Origin: Promethearchaeati archaeon SRVP18_Atabeyarchaeia-1 | GTDB lineage: Archaea; Asgardarchaeota; Atabeyarchaeia; Atabeyarchaeales; Atabeyarchaeaceae | Direction: 5' to 3' | Length of the DNA stretch: 64,000 nt | NCBI GenBank assembly: GCA_037308085.1 | Contig: CP147779.1 | Span: 32,001-96,000, forward strand | Shown here: positions 1 through 8,903 of the stretch, one piece after another | Numbering within the stretch: position 1 is the stretch's first letter | How the letters are laid out: each line of letters begins with the position of its first letter | Notes under the pieces: model-generated | Databases searched by the model: none | What the model was told of the DNA's origin: nothing | What the model saw: the letters and a program-made list of their open reading frames with translations, nothing else | Made by a program: the position numbers and the translations under genes

Positions 1-641
1 CGAGCGAAGTCGGGTCTGGTCTCCACAGTGATTCCTGTATTTCGTCTGGTGGAGGTTTCCGCAAATGACTGCGCTTCCGCGAGGCTTGACGACTCCTCCC
101 CTGTTATTCCATCGAGGCATTTCTGGGTGAACCACTCCTGGTATTCTACAGGCATCGCTGGGAATGTTCCACCCATGATTATCAGTTCAACCTTGTCTGT
201 ATTGTGACCAAGTGTGTTGATCTGGTTAAGTCTGTTGACGACTTGGCTCTTGGGATCGAAGTTATTCTGAATTGCCCTCATTGTCGCTGGCTCGTGACCT
301 GTGTAGCTCTGAGGAGTGTCACCAAATGGTGATCCTATTCCCCCTGGGCAATAGATGCACGGAGAGGCTTTTGGACACGGATAAGGCTTCGCCATGACCG
401 CCACGATTGCTATCCCAGAGTAGGTCCGCGAAGGCTTTGTCCTCAGCAGACCGAGAAGCGCTTCCCTTTCCTCCGGAGATGCAGCTGAGAGAATGTCAGC
501 GTTCTTGGGCATTGAGTTCAGCGAGTACTCGCTACAGACTTCTGTCTTCAGTTTGTCCAATTCCTTCCTGTCCCTGGCCTTCCCTGCCAGAACTTCCTTG
601 ATTATAGCCCTGTATGCTTCCGTGTTTGGGTCGTACGACAT
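1..641 (-). CDS. elp3: tRNA uridine(34) acetyltransferase Elp3 (radical SAM + KAT), 5' part; runs off window edge
   Basis: Hand translation from ATG 641: KPSRTYSGIAIVAVMAKPYPCPKASPCIYCPGG...TPQSYTGHEPA...KVELIIMGGTF...GITVETRPD, the Elp3 signature; not in ORF track because truncated. Confidence 0.95.
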   Translation of the reverse strand, partial: MSYDPNTEAYRAIIKEVLAGKARDRKELDKLKTEVCSEYSLNSMPKNADILSAASPEEREALLGLLRTKPSRTYSGIAIVAVMAKPYPCPKASPCIYCPGGIGSPFGDTPQSYTGHEPATMRAIQNNFDPKSQVVNRLNQINTLGHNTDKVELIIMGGTFPAMPVEYQEWFTQKCLDGITGEESSSLAEAQSFAETSTRRNTGITVETRPDFA

Positions 642-875
642 AAGCCAAGATCACCAAGTAAGTGCGCATCCAACGATATGCTCCGCCAAGTAATAAGCAA
701 ATTGATATTCTTAGCGAAAAGAGCTAGAAATAAATGTCTTTTTGAACTGAGCGGCGATCAGCCGCCGTTATCTCTGAGGCGTTCCGCATAAGACTTATAT
801 CTCGGTCGAGAGAGAATATTAAGCGCACATCCGTTTTCGTGCAACCCCTAGTTTACTTAGGGGGAGGACTCAAAA

Positions 876-1016
876 ATGGCGACAGTGAAATGCACAGAGT
901 GCAATGACAAAATGACTCTTCGCAGTCGCAAGTACAATGGCTATGCCTTAATAGAGACGTGGCGATGCAGTAAGTGCGGATGCAAGTCTAGAAAAGTATA
1001 CTTCATATCTCTATAG
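876..1016 (+). CDS. 46-aa zinc-ribbon microprotein (MATVKCTECNDKMTLRSRKYNGYALIETWRCSKCGCKSRKVYFISL)
   Basis: GGAGGA ribosome-binding site just upstream of ATG; two CxxC pairs; T-rich terminator-like tract at about 1047-1062; below ORF-track length cut-off. Confidence 0.75.
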   Translation: MATVKCTECNDKMTLRSRKYNGYALIETWRCSKCGCKSRKVYFISL

Positions 1017-1123
1017 AACGAGCGAAGTCCTATAGTCCTATGAGTCCTTTTTTGTTCTTTTCTGCGCAGTGGAAACCTTCAAGACTTGTGGACAGTGGAT
1101 TTTAGCGCTCTCTACTCTAGGCC

Positions 1124-1411
1124 ATGAGATTACGACTGAGATTTGGGTAGAAGTACAGGTGTGAACCAGACTTCTTGCTCGAAGGTCGCAAGGTCGAAGT
1201 CTGTGGAGTCCGATTTCGAGGATACTGGGAACGTTACCGAGGAAAAACAGTGATTTACATCAGGAACGGTTACATAGCGTATGTCATAGTGCCTACGCAT
1301 CTTCTCAAGACTGCTCAGGGCTATCTTCCGAAGCACAGAAAGGTTATCATAATAACGTTCAGAGCCTTTAAGGGGCACATCAGTGAATACGCAAGAATCC
1401 TGAGGAGATAA
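1124..1411 (+). pseudogene. probable degraded PD-(D/E)XK-type nuclease fragment with in-frame TAG
   Basis: Frame reads MRLRLRFG*KYRCEPDFLLEGRKVEVCG...YWERYRGK..IYIRNG; PDF...VE motif lies upstream of the TTG at 1175 and downstream of TAG 1148-1150. Confidence 0.35.
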
Positions 1412-1806
1412 TCTCTACGACCCAAGAAAGGTGCCATGAAATAGTTCTGCCTTGCTTGACTCATAAGCGAGGGAAAGAAGTCAATTGTGACGACGAGAGA
1501 GTTGATCAAAACTGAAATATGATAGGCATACTTCGAGATCATGAAAAAAGAGAGTTGACTCGCACCCATGAGGCAAGCGGATCTCAGATGCTTGGACGTA
1601 TTGGGAATCCGATCTGGGTGCCGAAACTCCTGTGGCTGGGAATGCTTATCCAAAAGTCTTAAGACATCAAGCCCAGTCTTCTCAACGAGATCAAGTACTA
1701 CTCGCAACAACCTGAATCGCAGATCGCCTTCTTGCGGAACAAGAAATGCATTCGCAGAAGAGGCGATCCGATCAGGATAAGACATCATTCAGGAGTGAAA
1801 ACAAGC

Positions 1807-4797
1807 GTGATAGTCAAGGAACTTCCAAAGCAGCTCTTACTAAGAGAACTTGAGCAGAAGATCTTGGAAGAGTGGAAGCTCAACGGCACGTACGAGAAAG
1901 TGAAGCGACGACTAAAGGGCAAGCCCGTGTTTCGGTTTCAGGACGGACCGCCCTACACGACAGGTTCCATTCATTTGGGGACTGCTTGGAACAAGGTAAT
2001 GAAGGACATTGTTCTCCGTTATCGGAGAATGAGGGGGCTAAATGTGAATGATACGCCGGGCTACGACATGCATGGCCTGCCAATAGAGGTCAGGGTAGAG
2101 CAGGAGCTCAATATCAAGAGCAAGAAGGAGATAGAGGCGAATGTGGTCGGGTTTGTGGAGAGGTGCAGGGAGTTTGCGCTCACAAACTTGGAGAATATGA
2201 GCAGGCAGTTTGGCGAACTCGGGGTCTGGATGGACTGGAAGAAGCCGTACATGACTTTGAGTGACTCCTACATTGAGGGGATATGGCGAACAATCAAGCT
2301 GGCGTACGATAGAGGCTACGTGTATAGGGGAGTCAAAGTTCTTGAGGTCTGCCCTCGATGCGAGACTGCCCTCGCTAGGCACGAGCATGAGTACAAGACT
2401 GTGGAAGATGTCTCCATTTTCGTCAAGTTCAAGGTCAAAGACAAAGCCAATGAGTACATTCTGGTCTGGACCACCACTCCTTGGACTTTGCCGGCCAACT
2501 TGGCAGTTATGGTTCACCCAGATTATGATTATGTTAGAGTTAAGGTTGGAAATGAAGTCTGGATAGTCGCAGAAGCCCTGGCCACAGTCCTGATTCAGGG
2601 AACGTTTGAGAAAGACTTCAAGGTCATTGGTAAAGTCAAGGGTAGGGACCTTGAGGGGCTCCGATACGAGCACCCACTCGCCGAGGAGGTACCTGTTCAA
2701 GCCGAGTTTGACAAGAAGCTCAAGAAGGCGCACACGATCATTCTGAGCCCCGAGTACGTTACCCTTGAGCAGGGAACGGGGCTCGTCCACACTGCTCCCG
2801 GGCATGGACCTGAAGACTTCGAAGTCGGATCCAGAAATGGACTTCCTCCCTTCTCACCGGTAGATTACGCCAAGTTCACTTCAGATGCTGGCAAATATGC
2901 AGGGATGTTTCCGAAGAAAGCTGACCCGATCATAATTGAAGACTTGGAACGCAAAGGGTTGTTGTTATACAAGGGAACCATACAGCATGAGTACGCTCAC
3001 TGCTGGAGATGCCACAGCCCTCTCCTTTTCCAAGCTACTAACCAATGGTTCATCAAGGTGGCAACCCTGAAAGAGGAATTCGAGAGGAACAACGAGAAGA
3101 CTTACTGGGTTCCAGACTGGGCTGGGCATCAGTGGTTCAAGAACTGGATTGAGGGATTGCAGGACTGGTGCATATCTCGCCAGAGATACTGGGGAGCGCC
3201 ACTACCGATCTGGGTCTGCGACAAGTGTGGGGACGTGGAGGTTCTTGGCTCAAAAGACGAGCTTCTAAAGAGATCCGGAAGGGAGCCGAAGGAACTCCAC
3301 AGACCTTGGGTTGACGAGTTGACTTGGAAATGCAGGAAATGCCAAGGCAAGGGAACGAAGCGCAGAATACCTGACATACTCGACGTGTGGCTCGATAGCG
3401 GGTCATGCATCTGGGCCACAATGCCGGTCACAGCTGGATCAAAAGACTATGACAAGTGGGAAGAGCTAGACTTCATAATCGAAGGCAAGGAGCAAATACG
3501 GGGGTGGTTCAACTCCCTCATGTGCTCCAGTATGGTGGCGTACAATAGGTGGCCCTACAAGTCCGTCTACATGCACGGATTCATGTGTGACGAAAAGGGC
3601 AGAGAGATGCACAAGTCTCTGGGCAACTATATTGAGCCAGTGGAGGTCTTCTCAAAGCACGGGGTTGAGGCTTTCAGGTTCTACGTTGCCAAAGGAGCGC
3701 CACCTGGGGAGGATATCAGCTACAACTGGAAGGACGTTGCCGACACTGAGAGATTTCTCAACATAACCTGGAACGTCTACGTCTTCGCGTCGACTTTCAT
3801 GGCTGAGGCCAAGTTCGATCCCACGGAATCGAAGCTGGATGAAGGCAAACTTCAGCCTGAGGACCGCTGGATACTGTCTCGTGTAAATTTGGTGACTAAA
3901 CAAGTATCAGAGGCGCTCGAGAAGTACGTAATACCCGCGGTTCCAAGGCTACTGCAGGACCTCATAGTAAAAGATCTCAGCAGATGGTATGTGAAGCTTG
4001 TAAGAGGCAGGACGTGGGTCTCAACTTCAGGTCCGAGCAAGACCGCGGCTCTCAGCACACTATTCAACGTACTAGAGAGGCTCGCGTATCTGCTTGCCCC
4101 GATAACGCCTATTCTAGCAGAAGGACTCTATCAGTCCCTAATCAGGCCCGCCATGCCGAGAGCACAAGAGAGCATACACCTCTGCGACTGGCCGAAATAT
4201 GAAGAAGAGCAGATAAACCAAGAACTAGAGAGTAAAATGGATCGCGCCAGAGAGATAGTCGAAACAGCGCTCGCAATACGGCAAGAAGAAAAAGTGAAGC
4301 TCAGATGGCCCTGCCGCAGACTCCTGATAGTCCCCAAAGACAAAGAGCAAGTTGACGTATCGGAACTCTTAGACATAATCAGAGACCAAGCCAGCGTCAA
4401 GGAAGTACAGGTACTAAGAGAACTCCCAGAAAAAGACAAAACTGAGAACCTCAAGGAAAAGGAAATCCCATCAGCAACCATCTACCTCGACATGTCAACC
4501 TCAGAGGAACTTGAATCAGAACGACTAGCAAAGGACTTCACCCGACAAGTCCAAGCACTCCGCAAAAAGTACGGATACCACGTAAGCGAGAAAATAGAAC
4601 TAATAGTCGCAGCAGAAGACAAGCAAATAAGAGAACAACTAGAGACACAAGAGGAACCGATCAAGAACAAGATCGGAGCAGCAGAAATAAGGAAACTCCA
4701 GAAAATGCCAACAAACCTCCAAGACTACGACGCACAAGGCGAATTCACCTACCAAGGCACAAAAATAATAGTCGCCTTCAAACGAAAGAAAACTTAA
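1807..4797 (+). CDS. ileS: isoleucine--tRNA ligase (archaeal/eukaryote-type)
   Basis: DGPPY..GSIHLGT (HIGH), GYDMHGLP, WTTTPWTLP editing motif, DWCISRQRYWG, EMHKS (KMSKS); likely start GTG 1807 after GGAGTG (ORF track starts 1732). Confidence 0.97.
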   Translation: MIVKELPKQLLLRELEQKILEEWKLNGTYEKVKRRLKGKPVFRFQDGPPYTTGSIHLGTAWNKVMKDIVLRYRRMRGLNVNDTPGYDMHGLPIEVRVEQELNIKSKKEIEANVVGFVERCREFALTNLENMSRQFGELGVWMDWKKPYMTLSDSYIEGIWRTIKLAYDRGYVYRGVKVLEVCPRCETALARHEHEYKTVEDVSIFVKFKVKDKANEYILVWTTTPWTLPANLAVMVHPDYDYVRVKVGNEVWIVAEALATVLIQGTFEKDFKVIGKVKGRDLEGLRYEHPLAEEVPVQAEFDKKLKKAHTIILSPEYVTLEQGTGLVHTAPGHGPEDFEVGSRNGLPPFSPVDYAKFTSDAGKYAGMFPKKADPIIIEDLERKGLLLYKGTIQHEYAHCWRCHSPLLFQATNQWFIKVATLKEEFERNNEKTYWVPDWAGHQWFKNWIEGLQDWCISRQRYWGAPLPIWVCDKCGDVEVLGSKDELLKRSGREPKELHRPWVDELTWKCRKCQGKGTKRRIPDILDVWLDSGSCIWATMPVTAGSKDYDKWEELDFIIEGKEQIRGWFNSLMCSSMVAYNRWPYKSVYMHGFMCDEKGREMHKSLGNYIEPVEVFSKHGVEAFRFYVAKGAPPGEDISYNWKDVADTERFLNITWNVYVFASTFMAEAKFDPTESKLDEGKLQPEDRWILSRVNLVTKQVSEALEKYVIPAVPRLLQDLIVKDLSRWYVKLVRGRTWVSTSGPSKTAALSTLFNVLERLAYLLAPITPILAEGLYQSLIRPAMPRAQESIHLCDWPKYEEEQINQELESKMDRAREIVETALAIRQEEKVKLRWPCRRLLIVPKDKEQVDVSELLDIIRDQASVKEVQVLRELPEKDKTENLKEKEIPSATIYLDMSTSEELESERLAKDFTRQVQALRKKYGYHVSEKIELIVAAEDKQIREQLETQEEPIKNKIGAAEIRKLQKMPTNLQDYDAQGEFTYQGTKIIVAFKRKKT

Positions 4798-4839
4798 TAA
4801 CAAGAACAACGCAAAAAGACAAACAGAAAGCAATTCCCT

Positions 4840-5086
4840 GGGAGCGTAGCTTAGCCAAAGTATCACTGAGGGTTCGGTGATTCTCTAAACTGGCTTACTT
4901 TGGATACATCACAACTGATGTCTCCTTTAGTCCAGACGGAGCGCCGGACGAGTTCGCCAGTCGAACTCGGGTGAGCCTTATAAGGCAACGCTTCGTACAG
5001 CGGCTTTAGACAGCCGGAAGAACTAATGCGGGGAAAGAACCGCTGGTCCGGCAGAGCCGTGGGTTCAAATCCCATCGCTCCCACCA
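4840..5086 (+). tRNA. tRNA-Ile(UAU) containing five BHB introns; exons 4840-4856, 4891-4895, 4938-4947, 4976-4982, 5012-5018, 5055-5086
   Basis: Spliced 78-nt product GGGAGCGTAGCTTAGCC|TGGCT|GGAGCGCCGG|CCTTATA|AGCCGGA|AGCCGTGGGTTCAAATCCCATCGCTCCCACCA folds as a canonical cloverleaf with anticodon TAT (4979-4981), A73 and encoded CCA; each junction has a 4-bp central helix flanked by 3-nt bulges. Confidence 0.9.
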
Positions 5087-5301
5087 TTTTCATCTGGCTT
5101 CTCGTTTATGCTCTCTGGCGCACAGGCGCGGGCTTCGGCACCTTAGCGCTCAAATCGCTCCAAGCTAGAGCTAGGAGTCCAGAACCTCCACCTAGCTTAT
5201 GGGTTTGTAGTATTCAAGCACAGCATAGTGCAAGCGCGTTCGTCGCTGGCATTTCCCATCTCATCCAAAAAAAAGGGGGAGGTGTGTATTTCTTTCTAGA
5301 A

Positions 5302-7362
5302 CTAGCAGCCCTTCCAGAAGGAGCCAATAGGTGTAGCGCTGAACTCGTAGTCTGCCCAGCCCGAAGACATCGTTGGCGTGATTATCATGATAGTGTAGAT
5401 TGGCTTGTTGGCGAATCCGAGTGATGCACCTTTCTGCGTCATCTCGCACAGCCACATATCCACGGGGACATAGACCGTGCCGCAGCAAGTCGGTATCACG
5501 GAGACCAATGTGACCTGCCATTTCACCGCAGGAGTCACTGGCGTCAGCTTGAATGAGTTGTCGCTCACACTTGCACTTTTGATGAACCATCCCTCATATT
5601 CAGCCGCCCAGTCGGTCATATAACGGAATCCGATCATCACTTTTTGTCCAGCGTAGGCAGAAAGGTCAAATGTCATTGTAGTCCATTCTGGCCACTCAGG
5701 GTTGTAGTCTGTTAGTCCTGGTAGATTCGCGATTATGTCAGGGTGCGCAGATGGATCGTAGTCGGAGGTCGTATAGGCATTTGACAGCGATGTCCATGTC
5801 TTACCTTTGTCCGTTGAGACCTGCACGAAGCCGAAGTCCCAGTAGGATTCTATTCCCCAACTCGTCACTAGTGTCAGGTATGGCTTTGATGGATTCACAT
5901 ACGCGCTTCCTTGTAGCAACGCGTTGTAGAGATCGGACGCTCCCGACCACCAGTAGCCCGCAGAACTATCATAGGTCCACCCAGCGATCCTGTCTCCACT
6001 AAAAGAGACTAGCCCTAGCTTATTCCAATTCTGGAACATGACGTAGTCGGTGCCGTAAGGTGCGATCTTTGATACACCAGTGTCGTAACCCAAGATGGTA
6101 TTTGTCGTCCCAAAGTCAGTGCCCTTCGTCATCGGAATCGGCAAGCCTGAGGTTTCATAGATTCTCACAGGGATGAAAGCAGGATCATTCAGGTTGATCG
6201 TCTTGTAGTTGTACTTTCCATTGCACGGGAAGTCTGACCGAACAAGGTTCGCTATTCTCATATCATGGTAGACCTGGTCGAAAGTCACTTTGTATCCGAA
6301 ATGCGCCAGAGCGCTGTTTACGCCGTCCATCCCCGGGATGCCTGTCTCAACGAAGTAACTTATGAAGGCAGCTCCGCCGTAGTGATCACTTAGGTAGATG
6401 GTCCACAAAGCAGCTATACCGTAGTCAGCCAAGATGTTTATGCCTCCCTGGTCGCCCCATTGCGTCAGCGAGTTGTCGGGCGTATAGAAGTAGCTGTTGA
6501 TGTCGCTGACAGGTGCTCCGTATCCACAGAGAACTTGGGCGTACATGCTGCACCCCTCGTTCATGTACAGATCGTCGGCAGGTTGCCAGTCGTTGTGTAT
6601 CAGGTGCTGGTATTCATGTGCGAGTGTGCCCTCGTAGTCGAAAGCATGATTGGCAGGAACTGCAACCCCCTGTATCCACTCGGTGCCAGTGGGTCCCAGT
6701 CGCCTTTCCCATTGATAGCAGTCTATTGTTACAGTGTTCCTGTCAAAGTAGTAGTCGTATGCACTGGTGAACACACCGGCCACGTAGTATGGGTAGGTTG
6801 GATCGTAGTAGTTCTGGTCTCTGATATTCGCGACCAGTACCACGCTCCTGCCGGATGGATCAGCATAATAGTCAGCTGGCAGGCCGAGAATCCCCGGCAA
6901 GGCTGCGTTGGAACCGTCTCTGAAAGCTGGGTCGCCGAAGTACTTCGTGTCAGTGGGGTAGATATTGTTCTCAAATTGCCCAAAGAGGTACGCTATCTCC
7001 GTGTCGAGTACCTGTGGGGTAGGTCTGGTGTCACCTGCTCGCCATGCTAGGCTTACTTGTACCCAGATCTCACACACGTTGCCTAACGCAACTAGCGTAA
7101 AGGGTGCAAGCCTAACGCTGTTGTAGTAGTCGTCGAGTACCAGCCAGTACGCTATGTCTCCCACGTTGAAGTATGAGTGGTGGCTCGGTCCCTGAATAGG
7201 CTCTTCGACGCTGCAAGGATATAGTGGGGCATTTGCGATGTCTATCGCCTTGTAGTCTTGAGAGTCAACTGGTTGGGCCTTTACGGCCGGCACGACAGGC
7301 GCAAAAGCGAACGCTGAGATCAACATCGTAGCCATTATCAGAAATACAACTGCTCTTCTCAT
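5302..7362 (-). CDS. secreted zinc metallopeptidase, M6/immune inhibitor A- or M30-like, with C-terminal beta-sandwich domain
   Basis: Signal peptide; TLAHEYQHLIH...MNEG zincin motif; WDFGFVQVSTDKGKTW and FRYMTDWAAEYEGWFI InhA-type C-terminal motifs. Confidence 0.85.
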   Translation of the reverse strand: MRRAVVFLIMATMLISAFAFAPVVPAVKAQPVDSQDYKAIDIANAPLYPCSVEEPIQGPSHHSYFNVGDIAYWLVLDDYYNSVRLAPFTLVALGNVCEIWVQVSLAWRAGDTRPTPQVLDTEIAYLFGQFENNIYPTDTKYFGDPAFRDGSNAALPGILGLPADYYADPSGRSVVLVANIRDQNYYDPTYPYYVAGVFTSAYDYYFDRNTVTIDCYQWERRLGPTGTEWIQGVAVPANHAFDYEGTLAHEYQHLIHNDWQPADDLYMNEGCSMYAQVLCGYGAPVSDINSYFYTPDNSLTQWGDQGGINILADYGIAALWTIYLSDHYGGAAFISYFVETGIPGMDGVNSALAHFGYKVTFDQVYHDMRIANLVRSDFPCNGKYNYKTINLNDPAFIPVRIYETSGLPIPMTKGTDFGTTNTILGYDTGVSKIAPYGTDYVMFQNWNKLGLVSFSGDRIAGWTYDSSAGYWWSGASDLYNALLQGSAYVNPSKPYLTLVTSWGIESYWDFGFVQVSTDKGKTWTSLSNAYTTSDYDPSAHPDIIANLPGLTDYNPEWPEWTTMTFDLSAYAGQKVMIGFRYMTDWAAEYEGWFIKSASVSDNSFKLTPVTPAVKWQVTLVSVIPTCCGTVYVPVDMWLCEMTQKGASLGFANKPIYTIMIITPTMSSGWADYEFSATPIGSFWKGC

Positions 7363-7745
7363 TTGTCGATTTTCCCTCTTCCAATTCTTAACTCTGTGGG
7401 GGGGGTCACCTTCGTTGCTGCTTTTCAGCTTTGCGGTGAAGAGCCTGAATTAGATACTTCTCGAAATCTCGCGTCGATTCAATGCCTAGAAGCGAGAAAA
7501 AGTCAACGGTAGTCATCCTAGTCCGGAGCTTATCCTCAATAATCGTCTTCGAACTAGATCTCCGCTTTGACCTATCAGAAGTTGGGCGGACTTTCAATGA
7601 CCCTACGCTGGACTGGGCGCTCAATAGCTTTGGAAAGCACGGGAAAAAAAGACAAGCGCCCTCATTCCTCTGCAAGTCATAAAGAGAGGCAAAGGGAGCC
7701 GATTCTTGATCAAGCTAACAATCAATAGGGAAAGTAGAACCGCTA

Positions 7746-8198
7746 CTAGCCCATTATCTGCTTCTCAAGTTTGTCGGCTAGGTCAAAGACTATGTCCTGG
7801 AAGCTTAGCCTGACCACGGGGCCGTGTATTCCTTCCAAGAAGTCGTTGAGGCCTCTAATTGCGTGTAGTAGGTCCAGGTCGCTTTTCGCCATGTTTACGT
7901 TGAAGAGGACGGTTGTGAGCTCCTCACCCGCTTCTCTGATTAGGACCTCTTCGAGGGAGAGCTTGATTTTCTGAGCCAGGCTCGATTCGCAGAGGGAGAA
8001 CTCTGTTCCCTGCTGGTTCTTCTTCACGACATCCGCTTTCTGGAGCTGAGCCAAGATATCCTTTACTTTTGCCTGGTTATAGCCCGTCAGATCAGCGATC
8101 TTTTTCGGTGATATTTTCTCGAAAGCCACTATGACTTTCGTCACCTGCGTAGATTCTGGCGTGGACAATAACCGCTCTATGGAACTCATGGTCAGCAT
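7746..8198 (-). CDS. winged-helix DNA-binding protein (TrmB/MarR-like N-terminus)
   Basis: ISPKKIADLTGYNQAKVKDILAQLQKADVVKK HTH-wing pattern. Confidence 0.65.
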   Translation of the reverse strand: MLTMSSIERLLSTPESTQVTKVIVAFEKISPKKIADLTGYNQAKVKDILAQLQKADVVKKNQQGTEFSLCESSLAQKIKLSLEEVLIREAGEELTTVLFNVNMAKSDLDLLHAIRGLNDFLEGIHGPVVRLSFQDIVFDLADKLEKQIMG

Positions 8199-8373
8199 CT
8201 CTGATCATTAACGCGTCAAACTTCTATATGAAGCATTTCGTTCAGATCTGGATCAAAGGGATTACCGTGTTGCGAACTTCACCGTTCTCGGCGCCTGATC
8301 GCAGACGTGATCACGGGGACGATATCGCGCATTGGTTATACTCAGTTGTAAGAACTCAGTAGCAGGGAACTTC

Positions 8374-8853
8374 TCACACAAAGGAAATTGCGCCGTATTT
8401 GCAGTAGATCTCGCAGTCTCTGCATATCGAGCTGGTTACGCTACTTCTCCGGCATTTTGCTAGGTCGACAATTACCACTTTCCCGTTCTTGATTGCCAGC
8501 ACTAGTTTGCTTCTGTCAGCGGGCTCTCTGCCATAGGATGTGACTGGTTCCTCAGCTTGGTTGACCGGGCAGATCTCGACGCAGACCCCGCAGCCCGTGC
8601 ATTTGTTCTCATCAATCACAATTCCAGTTTTGGAGGCTTTTTCGAGAGGTGCAAGCACGTGCCTGAGTTCCTCGAGCTGCTTTGAGAAGCGAGGCTCCAT
8701 TAGCGGCGGGCAAGCTTCCGCTTTCATCTCGCCCTTCTGCAACCTGTATACGAAGGCCATACAGCTTGCTTCGCCACATTTCCCGCAATTGAGTTTCGGA
8801 AGAAGTTTATACAGTTGTAGGGGGCTTATACTTGCCATAAGTTCAAGCTCCAT
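8374..8853 (-). CDS. Fe-S protein: RnfB/CdhE-type FeS domain fused to 4Fe-4S ferredoxin
   Basis: LPKLNCGKCGEASCMAF...CP and CTGCGVCVEICP ... CRDCEIYC motifs. Confidence 0.85.
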   Translation of the reverse strand: MELELMASISPLQLYKLLPKLNCGKCGEASCMAFVYRLQKGEMKAEACPPLMEPRFSKQLEELRHVLAPLEKASKTGIVIDENKCTGCGVCVEICPVNQAEEPVTSYGREPADRSKLVLAIKNGKVVIVDLAKCRRSSVTSSICRDCEIYCKYGAISFV

Positions 8854-8903
8854 CCCGCAAGACTCTGCATTTGTGAGAACACGTCGAACTCCCTTCGGGA
8901 AGT

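Noticed and set aside
1321-1788. 155-aa minus-strand ORF upstream of ileS
   Set aside because: No recognisable motif, and it overlaps the ileS upstream region and the 1175-1411 frame
2038-2805. Long antisense ORFs inside ileS, and similar ones inside hppA, the M6 peptidase, thiolases and others
   Set aside because: Antisense shadows of well-supported genes with no independent motifs or RBS
4840-5086. tmRNA-like RNA, group I intron, or tRNA-Trp with a C/D-box intron
   Set aside because: No tag ORF, no group I P/Q/R/S core and no ordered C/D boxes; five BHB introns explain every inserted base and give a perfect cloverleaf
4863-5424. ORF-track ORFs 4863-5093 (-) and 5026-5424 (+)
   Set aside because: They overlap the tRNA gene and have no protein-like features; shadow ORFs
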